This document shows positions 10,022 to 19,816 of a DNA stretch of 64,000 nt, one piece after another (the stretch's first letter is position 1; each line of letters opens with the position of its first letter). The translations under genes were made by a program, and so were the position numbers. Under the pieces are notes generated by a model. That model did no database searches. It saw nothing but the letters and a program-made list of their open reading frames with translations, and was not told where the DNA came from. The DNA is from Nitrospirota bacterium (GTDB taxonomy: Bacteria; Nitrospirota; UBA9217): NCBI GenBank assembly GCA_963845065.1, contig CAWJQQ010000002.1, positions 224,001 through 288,000 on the forward strand, in the 5' to 3' direction.

Positions 10022-11194
10022 CTACATTTTTTCGAAAATTCCGGCCGCGCCCATGCCGCCGCCGATGCACATAGAGACCATGCCGTAGTGGATATTGTTC
10101 CGATGCATCGTGTGGAGTAGGGTTGCAGTCAATTTTGCGCCGGTGCAACCCAGGGGGTGCCCAAGGGCAATTGCACCGCCGTTTACATTGACCTTGGCCG
10201 GATCGAGGCCGAGGGTCCGGATGCAGGCGAGCGCCTGGGCGGCAAACGCCTCGTTTAGTTCTATGAGGCCGATATCTTCCAGTTTCAGCCCCGCCAACCG
10301 CAATGCTGCCGGGATCGCCTCCACAGGACCTATCCCCATGATCTCGGGCGGCACCCCTTTCACGGCAAAAGAAATGAATCTCGCCAGGGGGGATTTACCA
10401 TGTTTTTTCAGGAACTCCTCGGAGACAATGAGCGCAGCTGCGGCCCCGTCGGTCATCTGCGACGAGTTACCGGCCGTTACCGTTCCCGTGTTCTTAAAGG
10501 CAGGTTTCAGTTTCTCCAAAGCTGCTATAGTCGTGTCCGCCCGCACACCGTCGTCGACGGCGACGATCTCGGTCTCTCTTTTCATCTTGCCTTTGACGAG
10601 AGAGAATTTCTCAATCTCGACAGGTATTACTTCTTTCTGAAAATTGCCCTGCCTAATGGCAGTCGCGGCCTTCATATGGCTGGAAGCGGCAAAAGCATCC
10701 TGGTCCACCCGGGAGACACCAAACTTTTCCGCCACCTTCTCAGCTGTGACCCCCATGGAAGCGAACGATTCCGGCCAGGAGGCCATAAGAGAGGGATTTG
10801 CGCTAAACTTGATTCCTCCCATCGGTATCATTGTCATACTCTCAGCGCCTCCGGCAATGATGCAGTCGGCAAACCCTGCCATGATGCGCTCCGCGGCCGA
10901 GGCAATCGTCTGAAGACCGGATGAACAAAATCGGTTGACGGTCTGGGCCGGTATCTGAAACGGGATCCCGGCTTTCATTGCCGCGATCCGCGCCATGTTC
11001 ATCCCCTGCTCTCCTTCAGGGAATGCGTTCCCTATAATGATATCGTCAACCAGCATCGGGTCGATACCCGTTCTCTCCAAGAGACCCTGAATGGCAGCTG
11101 CGGCCAGATCGTCGGGCCTCATATCCTTGAATTTTCCTTTTTTCGCCTTGCAACCAGGAGTACGGTAGGCTGCTAACACATATGCGTTTCTCAT
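10022..11194 (-). CDS. fadA: Acetyl-CoA C-acyltransferase (thiolase)
   Basis: NRFCSSG, NEAFA, GHPLG, CIGGG. Confidence 0.95.
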   Translation of the reverse strand: MRNAYVLAAYRTPGCKAKKGKFKDMRPDDLAAAAIQGLLERTGIDPMLVDDIIIGNAFPEGEQGMNMARIAAMKAGIPFQIPAQTVNRFCSSGLQTIASAAERIMAGFADCIIAGGAESMTMIPMGGIKFSANPSLMASWPESFASMGVTAEKVAEKFGVSRVDQDAFAASSHMKAATAIRQGNFQKEVIPVEIEKFSLVKGKMKRETEIVAVDDGVRADTTIAALEKLKPAFKNTGTVTAGNSSQMTDGAAAALIVSEEFLKKHGKSPLARFISFAVKGVPPEIMGIGPVEAIPAALRLAGLKLEDIGLIELNEAFAAQALACIRTLGLDPAKVNVNGGAIALGHPLGCTGAKLTATLLHTMHRNNIHYGMVSMCIGGGMGAAGIFEKM

Positions 11195-11226
11195 AGATAT
11201 CCTCCGCTTTTTTGAATTTCTCTTTA

Positions 11227-11367
11227 GTGAATTACCCCGCAGCAGAGCTGCGGGGCATCAAAACCGATAGAACCTAAAACCAATCAGATTCTTATCCTGA
11301 CTTCGTCAGGATTGTCCTTTTCATCCCAGCAGTAGAACTGCTGGGTATTCAAGGACAGGTTTTATAA
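11227..11367 (-). mobile_element. Non-autonomous IS200/IS605-type palindromic element (PATE-like)
   Basis: Minus strand: TTAT, hairpin CCCAGCAG/CTGCTGGG, internal hairpin ATCCTGA/TCAGGAT, hairpin CCCCGCAGC/GCTGCGGGG, ending TCAC; no ORF. Confidence 0.65.
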
Positions 11368-11385
11368 AATGGAGTGCTTGACCCC

Positions 11386-13773
11386 TTAATTTCGCAACGG
11401 TTTCCCTTTCTTCAGCATGTGCTGGATGCGCTCCAACGTCTTTTTCTGGCCACAGAGCTTGACGAACGCCTCCCGTTCCAACTCCAGCAAGTACTCCTCA
11501 GTGATGAGGGTGCCGGCGGGAACATCACCGCCGGTGATAACGTCGGCGATCGTGCTGCCCAGGAACTCTTCGTACTCGGTGACATATTCACCTATACGCA
11601 TATTCCAGATCTGGGATTTTATGCTGGCCGCAACGCTTCGTCCCGGAGCCTTCAGGTCAGTCAGCGGTTTTGACGGACGGTAGTTGGCCGCAAGGGCGAT
11701 AGCCTTCTGCTTGGCATCGAAAATCCGCCTGTCAAAATTCATCGTTATTGCATCGCCGTGGCGCATAAAGCCCATTTCGCAGAGTTCGGCAGCAGATGTG
11801 CTCACTTTAGCCATGGCAATATTCAAAAAGTTCTTGATGATAAACGGACTGGCGTCGATATCATTTGCCTTGGCCAGTTTTATAGCTCGGATTGCCATCT
11901 CCTTGGTCCCTCCGCCGGCAGGAAGGAGCCCTACGCCGATCTCCACAAGACCCATATAGGTCTCGGCATGCGGATTTATGGAGTCTGCATGAAGGCAGAT
12001 CTCACATCCACCCCCCATAACCAAATTATGAGGTGCAGCTACCACTGGTATTTTTGAATATTTGATCGCCATCATCGCCTTCTGAAAGTTCTTGACCACC
12101 AGGGCAATCTCATCGTATGCCCCCTCACTTATGGCCATCGCAATAAGCATCAGGTTGGCGCCGGCGGAAAAAACGCTTCCTTCGTTGGCGATGACGAGAC
12201 CAATGCCTTCTTTTTCCGCCCGCTTAATCCCCTGGTGCACCATAGTAAGTATTTCGTTGCCTATGGCATTCATTTTCGTGTGGAATTCAAGGCAGAAGAC
12301 GCCATCACCAATGTCGACTACCGAAGCACCGCTGTTTTTCTCTACCACACCTCCGCTTCTCTTCAAGATAGAGAGGTTTATATTTCCGTAAGGCCTGGGC
12401 ACTTCATGGTATTCGTTGTCATTAATGCCGTAATAGTAGTTTTTGCCATTGTCGAATTTGTAGAATCTCTCAATTGGCTTGAGTGAAGCTGGCACCTCAA
12501 CTCCGTCCTTCAAAGCCCGTTTGACGAATTCTTTGACACTGATCGCGTCAAGCATCTCAAAGGGACCGAGTTCCCAGTTGTAACCCCATTTCATCGCATT
12601 ATCAATATTTACTATGTCATCTGAAATCTCAGAAATATGATTGACGGCATAGATAAGCGTATCGCGCAAGGTCTTCCAGGCGAACTCGGCTCCCTTGTCG
12701 GTGCCGGACATAACTGCCTGCAATCTTTTCGTCGGGTCGTCGATTGCCTTGGCCGACTCCACGGAGGCAAACTTGGGCCGCTGAGATGGTGCGTACTCCC
12801 CTTTTGTATAATCGTAGTAGAAGTATGCCGTGCTGTTTTCGCCTTTCTCCTTCTTGAAGAATCCCTGCTTGCTTTTGTTCCCGAGCAGCCCCTTTTTCAC
12901 CATCTCGCTAATAAAGTCAGGGAAACGGAAAGTTTCCCGCATTTCGTCATTCGGCAGGAGCTCATAGGAATTGTTCGCCACATGTTGCAGCGTATCGATG
13001 CCTACGATATCAGCGGTCCGGAAGGCACCACTTTTAGAACGGGCGATGGCGTGCCCAACAACCGCATCAACCTCCTCCACGGTCATCTTCATCTCGACCA
13101 TTTTCTGCATGCAGTTGCACATGGAATAAACGCCGATCCGGTTTGCGATAAAATTTGGGGTGTTCTTGGCGGGGACGACCCCCTTACCCAGGCGCCTCTC
13201 GATAAACTCTGCCATGAACCGGACGACCTCAGGATCGCTAGAGCGGCACGGTACTATCTCAAGAAGACGCATGTAACGCGGCGGATTGAAAAAGTGGGTG
13301 ACCAGGAAGTTCTTCCGCACGTGCTCGGGTAAGCTTTCGGCCATCTCGTTGACAGAGAGTCCGCTCGTGTTGGTGGAGAGAATAGCCCCCTCCTTGAGGT
13401 TCGGAGCAACCTTCTCTCTGAAAAGCCGCTTCTTGATCTCCATGTTTTCGACGACTACCTCGATGACCCAGTCGCACTCCCGGAGTTTCTCTATATCGTC
13501 TTCGAAATTCCCCACATCAATGTATGAGGCATAGGCGGGGAGAAAAAAGGCCGCGGGCTTCATCTTCCGGAGCCCTTCCAGCCCAGCCGCTGCGTACCTG
13601 TTCCGAACCGCTGCGTCGCTTAGGGTAAGGCCTGCTTTTTTTTCGGCGTCGTTCAGCTCTTTCGGCACGATATCGAGCAGAAGCACCTGGATTCCTCCAT
13701 TCGCGAGGTGAGCGGCAATGGTCGCTCCCATTACCCCTGCCCCCAAAACTGCCACCTGATTGATTTGTTTCAT
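11386..13773 (-). CDS. fadN: 3-hydroxyacyl-CoA dehydrogenase/enoyl-CoA hydratase fusion (FadN type)
   Basis: [22 protein letters not shown]-terminal crotonase domain, GKPLRN end. Confidence 0.92.
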   Translation of the reverse strand: MKQINQVAVLGAGVMGATIAAHLANGGIQVLLLDIVPKELNDAEKKAGLTLSDAAVRNRYAAAGLEGLRKMKPAAFFLPAYASYIDVGNFEDDIEKLRECDWVIEVVVENMEIKKRLFREKVAPNLKEGAILSTNTSGLSVNEMAESLPEHVRKNFLVTHFFNPPRYMRLLEIVPCRSSDPEVVRFMAEFIERRLGKGVVPAKNTPNFIANRIGVYSMCNCMQKMVEMKMTVEEVDAVVGHAIARSKSGAFRTADIVGIDTLQHVANNSYELLPNDEMRETFRFPDFISEMVKKGLLGNKSKQGFFKKEKGENSTAYFYYDYTKGEYAPSQRPKFASVESAKAIDDPTKRLQAVMSGTDKGAEFAWKTLRDTLIYAVNHISEISDDIVNIDNAMKWGYNWELGPFEMLDAISVKEFVKRALKDGVEVPASLKPIERFYKFDNGKNYYYGINDNEYHEVPRPYGNINLSILKRSGGVVEKNSGASVVDIGDGVFCLEFHTKMNAIGNEILTMVHQGIKRAEKEGIGLVIANEGSVFSAGANLMLIAMAISEGAYDEIALVVKNFQKAMMAIKYSKIPVVAAPHNLVMGGGCEICLHADSINPHAETYMGLVEIGVGLLPAGGGTKEMAIRAIKLAKANDIDASPFIIKNFLNIAMAKVSTSAAELCEMGFMRHGDAITMNFDRRIFDAKQKAIALAANYRPSKPLTDLKAPGRSVAASIKSQIWNMRIGEYVTEYEEFLGSTIADVITGGDVPAGTLITEEYLLELEREAFVKLCGQKKTLERIQHMLKKGKPLRN

Positions 13774-14304
13774 TGTATCCCTCCATCGTTAGGTTGCTTG
13801 CAGGACCGGTTCTTGTTATCGGCGCACATACCTTCGATCTTGTCTATATATTTTTCGCAGATGAACTTGCGTTTAAGCTTCAGGGTCGGCGTCATCTCTC
13901 CCGCTTCGATAGAAAAATCCCGGGAGAGGAGCACGAATTTTTTGATCGTTTCTTACGATGCAAGCCTGCTGTTGAATTCGGCAATCCACTGTTCGAACAT
14001 TCTCTGGATTGATTCGCTCGAAACGAGACCATTCCGATCGTCGTAGCCTATGTTTTTTTCCCGCGCATACTCGATGACCTGTTCCATGTTCGGGACCAGA
14101 AGAGCAAGAGGTGAGGTTTCCGATTGCCGTAAACAACAGCCTGAATGATGAATTTGTCAAGTTGGAGTTCACTTTCGATTCTCCGGGGATCAATGCTCCT
14201 CCCAAAGGCGGTAACAAACAGATCCTTCTTCCAGCCCATGTTGCAAACGAACCCGTTCCAGTGCTATCAGCAAACGCCATTGATGAATAAGTAAGTTCCA
14301 GCAC
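13770..14304 (-). pseudogene. AMP-dependent long-chain acyl-CoA synthetase remnant
   Basis: KKDLFVTA..IESELQLDKFI.QAVVYG, frameshift ~14110, LLVPN...RLAS*ETIKKF...[10 protein letters not shown] with in-frame TAA at 13953-13955; most of the body is missing. Confidence 0.85.
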
Positions 14305-14341
14305 ACCTAAATCCCTGCAAGCGAGAAGAAGTCATTGTGGA

Positions 14342-14370
14342 ATCATACATAACCTTTACGCTCACGTCAA
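14342..14370 (-). promoter_or_regulatory. Sigma70 promoter of the fad operon with overlapping LiuR-like operator (14355-14370)
   Basis: TTGACG-17 bp-TATGAT on the minus strand; TTTACGCTCACGTCAA resembles the LiuR box TTTACGTwwACGTAAA. Confidence 0.75.
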
Positions 14371-14586
14371 GTTGTATTTTAAGATTTTATTTTTTTTAAA
14401 TGGATGCCCCATTATACAACTGAAAAGAACACTTGGCTAATGCCAAATTATAACTTATTGATTTTTTTAATGTAGATGCCAGAATTTGAACAAAATATCT
14501 GAGGTAATCAGCTTGAGTTCATTATCATGGGGAAAGTTTCTCCCCTTAAGTTCACAATTTCTTCAGTCCTTTATTGCGATTCTCCC

Positions 14587-16110
14587 TTATTCCCGAGTAA
14601 GGAGCGAGACGCCAAGCAGCGCGCGTCTTTTAAGCCAGGGACTCGGACGGTAGCGGGGATCGCCGTAGAACTCGAACATGTTGGTGAGAATTGAGAGAAT
14701 CCGCCTTGCTCCCAGGGCATCCCCCATGGCAAGTGGTCCCTGCGGGTAGCCGAGTCCGAGGGTGACGGCGTGGTCGATGTCCTGTGGAGCAGCAATTCGC
14801 TGCTGAGCGATATCGCAACCGATGTTGACGATGAGAGCCACTACCCGTTGCGCCACGAAACCTGCACTGTCGTTGATCGACGATACAGGCACTCCGTCAC
14901 TGCCGAATAACCCGAGTGCGGCTTCCTTCACTTCCGCCCGGGTCAGTGGCGTGTGCATGAGGGTGCGCCGTCTGGAGGAATCGAATAGAGTATCGAACGC
15001 CATGGTCCTCTGCGGGTCGAGCCCCTCGGCCAGGGCCGTGGTGGTTGCATCTCCCCCCAAGGGGGTGACAATGCAGAGCGAATCCGGCCGCGGCTTTTCG
15101 CCAGTGTCAAGGTTCCCTCCCAGCTTTGTCACAAGGTCGACCACTATGTTATGGGCGTCAGGGTTGGCCCTGCTCACCCAGACACTGGCTGACCTGGATT
15201 CCGGCAGTGGCATTACCGGCGTGGACTCCGCTGTCCCGTTGGTATACTTGTAGAACCCCCTGCCGGTCTTGCGGCCGAGTGTCCCGGCCATCAGCATCTG
15301 TCGAGTAATGGGGGACGGCCGATAGCGAGGTTCCTGGTAGTATTGGTCATAGATCGATTCGATCACCGGGTGTGAGACATCGATCCCAGTCATGTCCATC
15401 AGCTCGAAGGGTCCCATTCGGAATCCCCCTGCTTCCCTTAATATCCTGTCGATTTCGTAGAACTCCGTGATACCCTCGCCGAGGATCCGTAAGGCCTCCG
15501 TGCCGTACGCCCGTCCGGCATGATTAACGATGAAACCAGGGGTATCCTTGGCCCGCACCGGAGAGTGCCCCATGCGTCGGGCAAGATCAGTAAGTGCCGT
15601 CACAACCCATCCTTCGGTCAAAAGTCCGTCGATCACTTCAACGATCTTCATGAGCGGTACTGGACTGAAGAAGTGAAAGCCGCCGATCCGGCCGGGAAGG
15701 CGGCAACCGGCTGCGATGGCAGTGACCGACAGGGATGAAGTGTTGGTCGCCAAAAGGCAATCATCTGAGACGATCTTTTCAATCGTACGGAATACTTGCC
15801 GCTTTGCCTCAAGGTTTTCCATGATAGCTTCGATGACGATATGACAGGGGGCTACTTCCGATAAATCGTTCAGGGTCCTGATCCGCCCTACTGCTGCTGC
15901 CGCATCGTCGGCACTAATTTTCCCCTTCGCCATCAAGCGCTCGAAGATGCCTTGAATGAATTTCCTTGCTTCAAGGGCAGCACCATCCCGCGCATCGAAA
16001 AGGAGAACGTTGACCCCTCCTTGTGCAGCGATCTGAGCGATGCCCCGCCCCATGAGTCCGGTGCCGACAATGCCAAGGGTGAGATCCGAACGCGCGCTAT
16101 CCAAAACCAT
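14587..16110 (-). CDS. dcaH: 3-hydroxyacyl-CoA dehydrogenase, DcaH/PaaH type
   Basis: GTGLMG, TNTSS, HFFSPVPLMK, duplicated C-terminal domain, RYRPSPWL. Confidence 0.85.
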   Translation of the reverse strand: MVLDSARSDLTLGIVGTGLMGRGIAQIAAQGGVNVLLFDARDGAALEARKFIQGIFERLMAKGKISADDAAAAVGRIRTLNDLSEVAPCHIVIEAIMENLEAKRQVFRTIEKIVSDDCLLATNTSSLSVTAIAAGCRLPGRIGGFHFFSPVPLMKIVEVIDGLLTEGWVVTALTDLARRMGHSPVRAKDTPGFIVNHAGRAYGTEALRILGEGITEFYEIDRILREAGGFRMGPFELMDMTGIDVSHPVIESIYDQYYQEPRYRPSPITRQMLMAGTLGRKTGRGFYKYTNGTAESTPVMPLPESRSASVWVSRANPDAHNIVVDLVTKLGGNLDTGEKPRPDSLCIVTPLGGDATTTALAEGLDPQRTMAFDTLFDSSRRRTLMHTPLTRAEVKEAALGLFGSDGVPVSSINDSAGFVAQRVVALIVNIGCDIAQQRIAAPQDIDHAVTLGLGYPQGPLAMGDALGARRILSILTNMFEFYGDPRYRPSPWLKRRALLGVSLLTRE

Positions 16111-16418
16111 GGCAGTTACCTCCCTTTGTATTCAGGCTTTCTTTTTTCGAGAAATGCGTGCATCCCTTCCTTCTGGTCTTCGGAGGCAAAGAGGAGCTGG
16201 AACGCCTTTCGCTCCAGCATCAGGCCGGCAGCGAGCGACGCATCCTGGCCGGCCAGCACTACTTCCTTGCTTTGCATGATCGCAAGGGGGGGCATGCCGG
16301 CAATGAGCTTGGCCATCCTGAGCGCAGTATCGAGCACCTCCCCATCCGCCATCACCTCGCTAGCAAACCCCATGGCCAACGCCTCCCAGGCCCGGGACCG
16401 GCTGTCCGGTGAGGATCA
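16106..16418. repeat. Direct repeat copy 1 (second copy 17739-18050)
   Basis: Near-identical from ACCATGGCAGTTACCTCCC to GTGAGGATCA, with scattered substitutions and a 1-bp indel near 16390. Confidence 0.95.
16116..16418 (-). pseudogene. 5'-truncated duplicate of the enoyl-CoA hydratase 3' end
   Basis: Encodes ASEVMADGEVLD...KRKPEYKGR, matching the C-terminus of 17749-18516. Confidence 0.9.
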
Positions 16419-16454
16419 AAAATACACCGGTACTGTATTTGATCGGCAATCGTT

Positions 16455-17657
16455 TTACACGCGCTCAATGACGGCAGCCAAACCTTGTCCCATGCCAATG
16501 CACAAACTTACCAAGGCATATCGTCCCTCGATGCGTTGCAGTTGGCGAGCTGCGGTCAGGGTAAGGCGCGCACCCGAAGCGCCAAGCGGGTGGCCAAGAG
16601 CAATCGCGCCACCGTTGGGGTTCACTCGGCTGTCATTGAAGGGAATCCCCAAAAGTTTCAAGCATCCCAGCGTCTGTGATGCAAATGCCTCGTTGATTTC
16701 GATGACATCCATGTCCGCGAGAGTCAGATTGGCCCGCTCCAGTGCTTTGGGTATGGCGTATACAGGTCCGATCCCCATGATGCGAGGCTCCACTCCTGCT
16801 GCTGCACCCACCAAAAACCGGGCCAGCGGTTTGGCGCCAGCTCTTTCCCCAATGGCGCGATTACCAACAAACATCGCCGCCGCACCATCATTGATCCCCG
16901 ATGCATTCCCTACAGTCACGACACCTCCTTCGTACAACGGTTTGAGTTTAACCAGCGACTCATAATTCGACGCGGGTCGGGGGTGCTCGTCTTCGTCCAC
17001 GATCAGAGGCGGCGTTTTCTTCCCCGTCTGGATGGTGATTGGCAGGATCTCGTCCTTGTAGAAGCCGGCTGCTTTAGCGGTGGCATATTTGGCTTGAGAG
17101 GCAGCGGCAAACAGGTCGGCATCTTCGCGGCTGATGCCGACCTCCTGTGCAACGCAGTCACCAGTTTCCGGCATCGAGTGGCTACCATAGAGTTCAATTA
17201 TCCGGGGATTTGAAAAACGTGCTCCAATGGTTGAGTCGCAGATCCTGACCTCCCTGCTGTACGCCGAATCCGCCTTGCTCATCACGAACGGCGCACGGGT
17301 CATGCTTTCCACACCACCAGCGATATATAGTTCACCTTCCCCACAGGTCACAGCTCGGGCGGCATCGAGCACTGCGGCAAGACCGCTTGCACAGAGCCGG
17401 TTCACGGTCTGACCCGCCACCTTGACAGGAAAACCCGCTCGCAGCAGCGACATCCGGGCCACATTGCGGCAATCTTCGCCAGCCTGATTGGCGCAGCCAA
17501 TCAGCACATCCTCCACTTGGTCTACCGTAAATAACGAACGGGATACCACCTCCTTCAAAACCTCCGCCAACATGTCGTCAGGGCGAACAGCAGCCAATTT
17601 ACCAGCATGGCGCCCAAAGGGTGTACGTAATCCACTGTAAATATAGGCGTCTAACAT
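16455..17657 (-). CDS. dcaF: 3-oxoadipyl-CoA-type thiolase (DcaF/PcaF/PaaJ)
   Basis: MLDAYIYSGLRTPFGRHAG..RPDD, NQAGED, NRLCASG, GHPLG, CIGMG. Confidence 0.85.
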   Translation of the reverse strand: MLDAYIYSGLRTPFGRHAGKLAAVRPDDMLAEVLKEVVSRSLFTVDQVEDVLIGCANQAGEDCRNVARMSLLRAGFPVKVAGQTVNRLCASGLAAVLDAARAVTCGEGELYIAGGVESMTRAPFVMSKADSAYSREVRICDSTIGARFSNPRIIELYGSHSMPETGDCVAQEVGISREDADLFAAASQAKYATAKAAGFYKDEILPITIQTGKKTPPLIVDEDEHPRPASNYESLVKLKPLYEGGVVTVGNASGINDGAAAMFVGNRAIGERAGAKPLARFLVGAAAGVEPRIMGIGPVYAIPKALERANLTLADMDVIEINEAFASQTLGCLKLLGIPFNDSRVNPNGGAIALGHPLGASGARLTLTAARQLQRIEGRYALVSLCIGMGQGLAAVIERV

Positions 17658-17738
17658 GGAGCTTCCTTTCTTTTTCTTTTGTTAATTGCAATTGTCGAAG
17701 TCTCTTTTCATATATCCTCTTCTACAGAAACAAGGATT

Positions 17739-18050
17739 ACCATGGCAGTTACCTCCCTTTATATTCAGGCTTTCTTTTTTCGAGAAATGCGTGCATCCCT
17801 TCCTTCTGGTCTTCGGATGCAAAGAGGAGCTGGAACGCCTTTCGCTCCAGCATCAGGCCGGCAGTGAGCGACGAATCCTGGCCGGCCAACACTACCTCCT
17901 TGCATTGCATGATCGCAAGGGGGGGCATGCCGGCAATGAGCTTGGCCATCCTGAGCGCAGTATCGAGCACTTCTCCATCCGCCACCACCTCGCTAGCAAG
18001 CCCCATTGCCAACGCCTCCCGGGCCGGGATCGGCTGTCCGGTGAGGATCA
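17739..18050. repeat. Direct repeat copy 2 (within and just beyond the intact hydratase gene)
   Basis: Matches 16106-16418. Confidence 0.95.
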
Positions 18051-18516
18051 TCTTCATAGCCTGGAACTTTCCGACAGCCCGCGTCAGGCGCTGTGTCCCC
18101 CCTGCCCCCGGCATGATCCCCACTTTCACCTCTGGCTGGCAGAAGCTCGCCCCCTCGCCGGCAATGATGATATCCGCGTGCATCGCCAACTCGCAACCTC
18201 CTCCCCAGGCATAACCGTTGACCGCGGCAATGACCGGCTTCGGGCAGTCGGCAATCGCCTGCCACATCCGGTGAGTGTTGCGCAGCACCATTTCCACCGC
18301 GCCATGTTCCACCATATCCTTGATATCGGCCCCGGCGGCGAAAACCTCGCCGCCGGTCAATACGATGCAACGAACCGACGGGTCACTACCCAGGGCGGTG
18401 AAATAATCGGCAAGCTTCTGGCGGACCGCGAGATTAAGGGCATTTTTTACTTCCGGTCGGTTGAGCCTGACCAGCGCCACCCCTTCCAGGGGGTGCTCCA
18501 AAATTACCTCACTCAT
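17749..18516 (-). CDS. dcaE: Enoyl-CoA hydratase (DcaE/PaaF-like)
   Basis: FAAGADI, GGGCE, QPE..GIMPGAGGTQRL. Confidence 0.85.
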   Translation of the reverse strand: MSEVILEHPLEGVALVRLNRPEVKNALNLAVRQKLADYFTALGSDPSVRCIVLTGGEVFAAGADIKDMVEHGAVEMVLRNTHRMWQAIADCPKPVIAAVNGYAWGGGCELAMHADIIIAGEGASFCQPEVKVGIMPGAGGTQRLTRAVGKFQAMKMILTGQPIPAREALAMGLASEVVADGEVLDTALRMAKLIAGMPPLAIMQCKEVVLAGQDSSLTAGLMLERKAFQLLFASEDQKEGMHAFLEKRKPEYKGR

Positions 18517-18602
18517 GCACGTCTCCTTTCAAGTGGCATAAATAAACATCGGTATGCAATACGGAGTACACGTGAGTCAATATCCTACTTGCAACGATCT
18601 AT

Positions 18603-18621
18603 AAATTCTGCATTGTGGAAC
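18603..18621. promoter_or_regulatory. IclR-type operator 1
   Basis: AAATTCTGCATTGTGGAAC, imperfect palindrome and near-identical inverted copy of the 18856 site. Confidence 0.7.
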
Positions 18622-18855
18622 AATGTTTCATTTAACAAAAAGCATAACGCAACCGATTCTCTTTGTAAATATTTTTTTTAAAAGATTACTCCCGCGTGTT
18701 TCTATCAGGAAGCCGGTTTAAATATATTTATTGATTGATGTTTCAGATGGATATCTAATTTCCATCGAACGGAACAGTCATAATGCCTTGATTTAGGGCA
18801 CCATCAGGCGCTTGGGGTAAGGCAAGTCTACCACCCGCTACAAGGCATGTCGAAT

Positions 18856-18874
18856 ATTCCACTATGCAGAATTT
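18856..18874. promoter_or_regulatory. IclR-type operator 2
   Basis: ATTCCACTATGCAGAATTT; reverse complement AAATTCTGCATAGTGGAAT. Confidence 0.7.
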
Positions 18875-18890
18875 AATTTTGATTTTTTCA

Positions 18891-18919
18891 TTGACAGACC
18901 CAAACGTTTTCGGTAGCTT
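18891..18919 (+). promoter_or_regulatory. Sigma70 promoter for iclR-dcaA
   Basis: TTGACA-17 bp-TAGCTT. Confidence 0.6.
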
Positions 18920-18955
18920 TACATAATCACTATTACGATAAAAGGGGAAGAACTC

Positions 18956-19786
18956 GTGGCTACGAAATATCAAACCGCTTCAAGCGGCGCAGATGATCTG
19001 ATCGATGATGCGACGAAGGAGAGTCGCCATTTTATAACTTCCGTGTCCCGTGCGTTCAAGGTGTTGCGCGCCTTCAGGCCAGGCGAACGCTTCCTGGCCA
19101 ATCAAGAGCTCGCCAAGCGAACCGGTCTCCCCAAATCAACGGTGTCCCGACTGACTTTTACCCTGACTGAACTCGGCTATCTCAACTATTCCAAAAACAT
19201 GGAGAAGTATTATCTCGGAACGTCAGTACTCTCCCTCTGCCATACCTTCCTTGGCAACATGGAGATCCGGCAAATAGCCCGTCCGTTGATGCAGGAGCTA
19301 GCCGACCATGCCCACGGCTCCGTGGCGTTCGGCGTCCGTGACCGCCTTGAAATGATCTATGTCGAAAACTGCCGCAGCAGCGTCACATCGTTTACTCTCA
19401 ACCTCGATGTCGGATCGCGTATCCCCCTTGCGACTACTGCCATGGGCAGAGCCTACCTATGCGGGCTACCTGAATTGGAAAGGGATCATTTCCTCGACCA
19501 GATCCGCATGAGTAGTGGCAACGACTGGCCCAGAATTAAGGCGGGAATAGAGCAGGCCATGAAAGAACACCAGAACAAAGGGTTCTGTCTTTCTATCGGC
19601 GACTGGCAGAAAGATGTCAACGCCGTTGCCGCCCCTTTCATCGCGACCGACAGCTCGGAGATACTTTCCTTCAACTGTGGTGGACCATCTTTCCAACTGC
19701 GTCGCCACATGCTTGAAGACGATATTGGCCCTCGCCTCGTCACCCTAGTGCGAAATGTCTCTGCCAAGGTGTTCAGGCATCTCTAA
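18956..19786 (+). CDS. IclR-family regulator (DcaS/PcaR-like)
   Basis: ELAKRTGLPKSTVSRL HTH; GSRIPLATTAMGRA. Confidence 0.92.
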   Translation: MATKYQTASSGADDLIDDATKESRHFITSVSRAFKVLRAFRPGERFLANQELAKRTGLPKSTVSRLTFTLTELGYLNYSKNMEKYYLGTSVLSLCHTFLGNMEIRQIARPLMQELADHAHGSVAFGVRDRLEMIYVENCRSSVTSFTLNLDVGSRIPLATTAMGRAYLCGLPELERDHFLDQIRMSSGNDWPRIKAGIEQAMKEHQNKGFCLSIGDWQKDVNAVAAPFIATDSSEILSFNCGGPSFQLRRHMLEDDIGPRLVTLVRNVSAKVFRHL

Positions 19787-19816
19787 TTATTTGCATAGAC
19801 AAGAAAGGAATCTCCC

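Noticed and set aside
15952..18681. Plus-strand ORFs of 337, 197 and 331 aa with repeated text
   Set aside because: Antisense to the dca genes; the repetition reflects the 312-bp duplication
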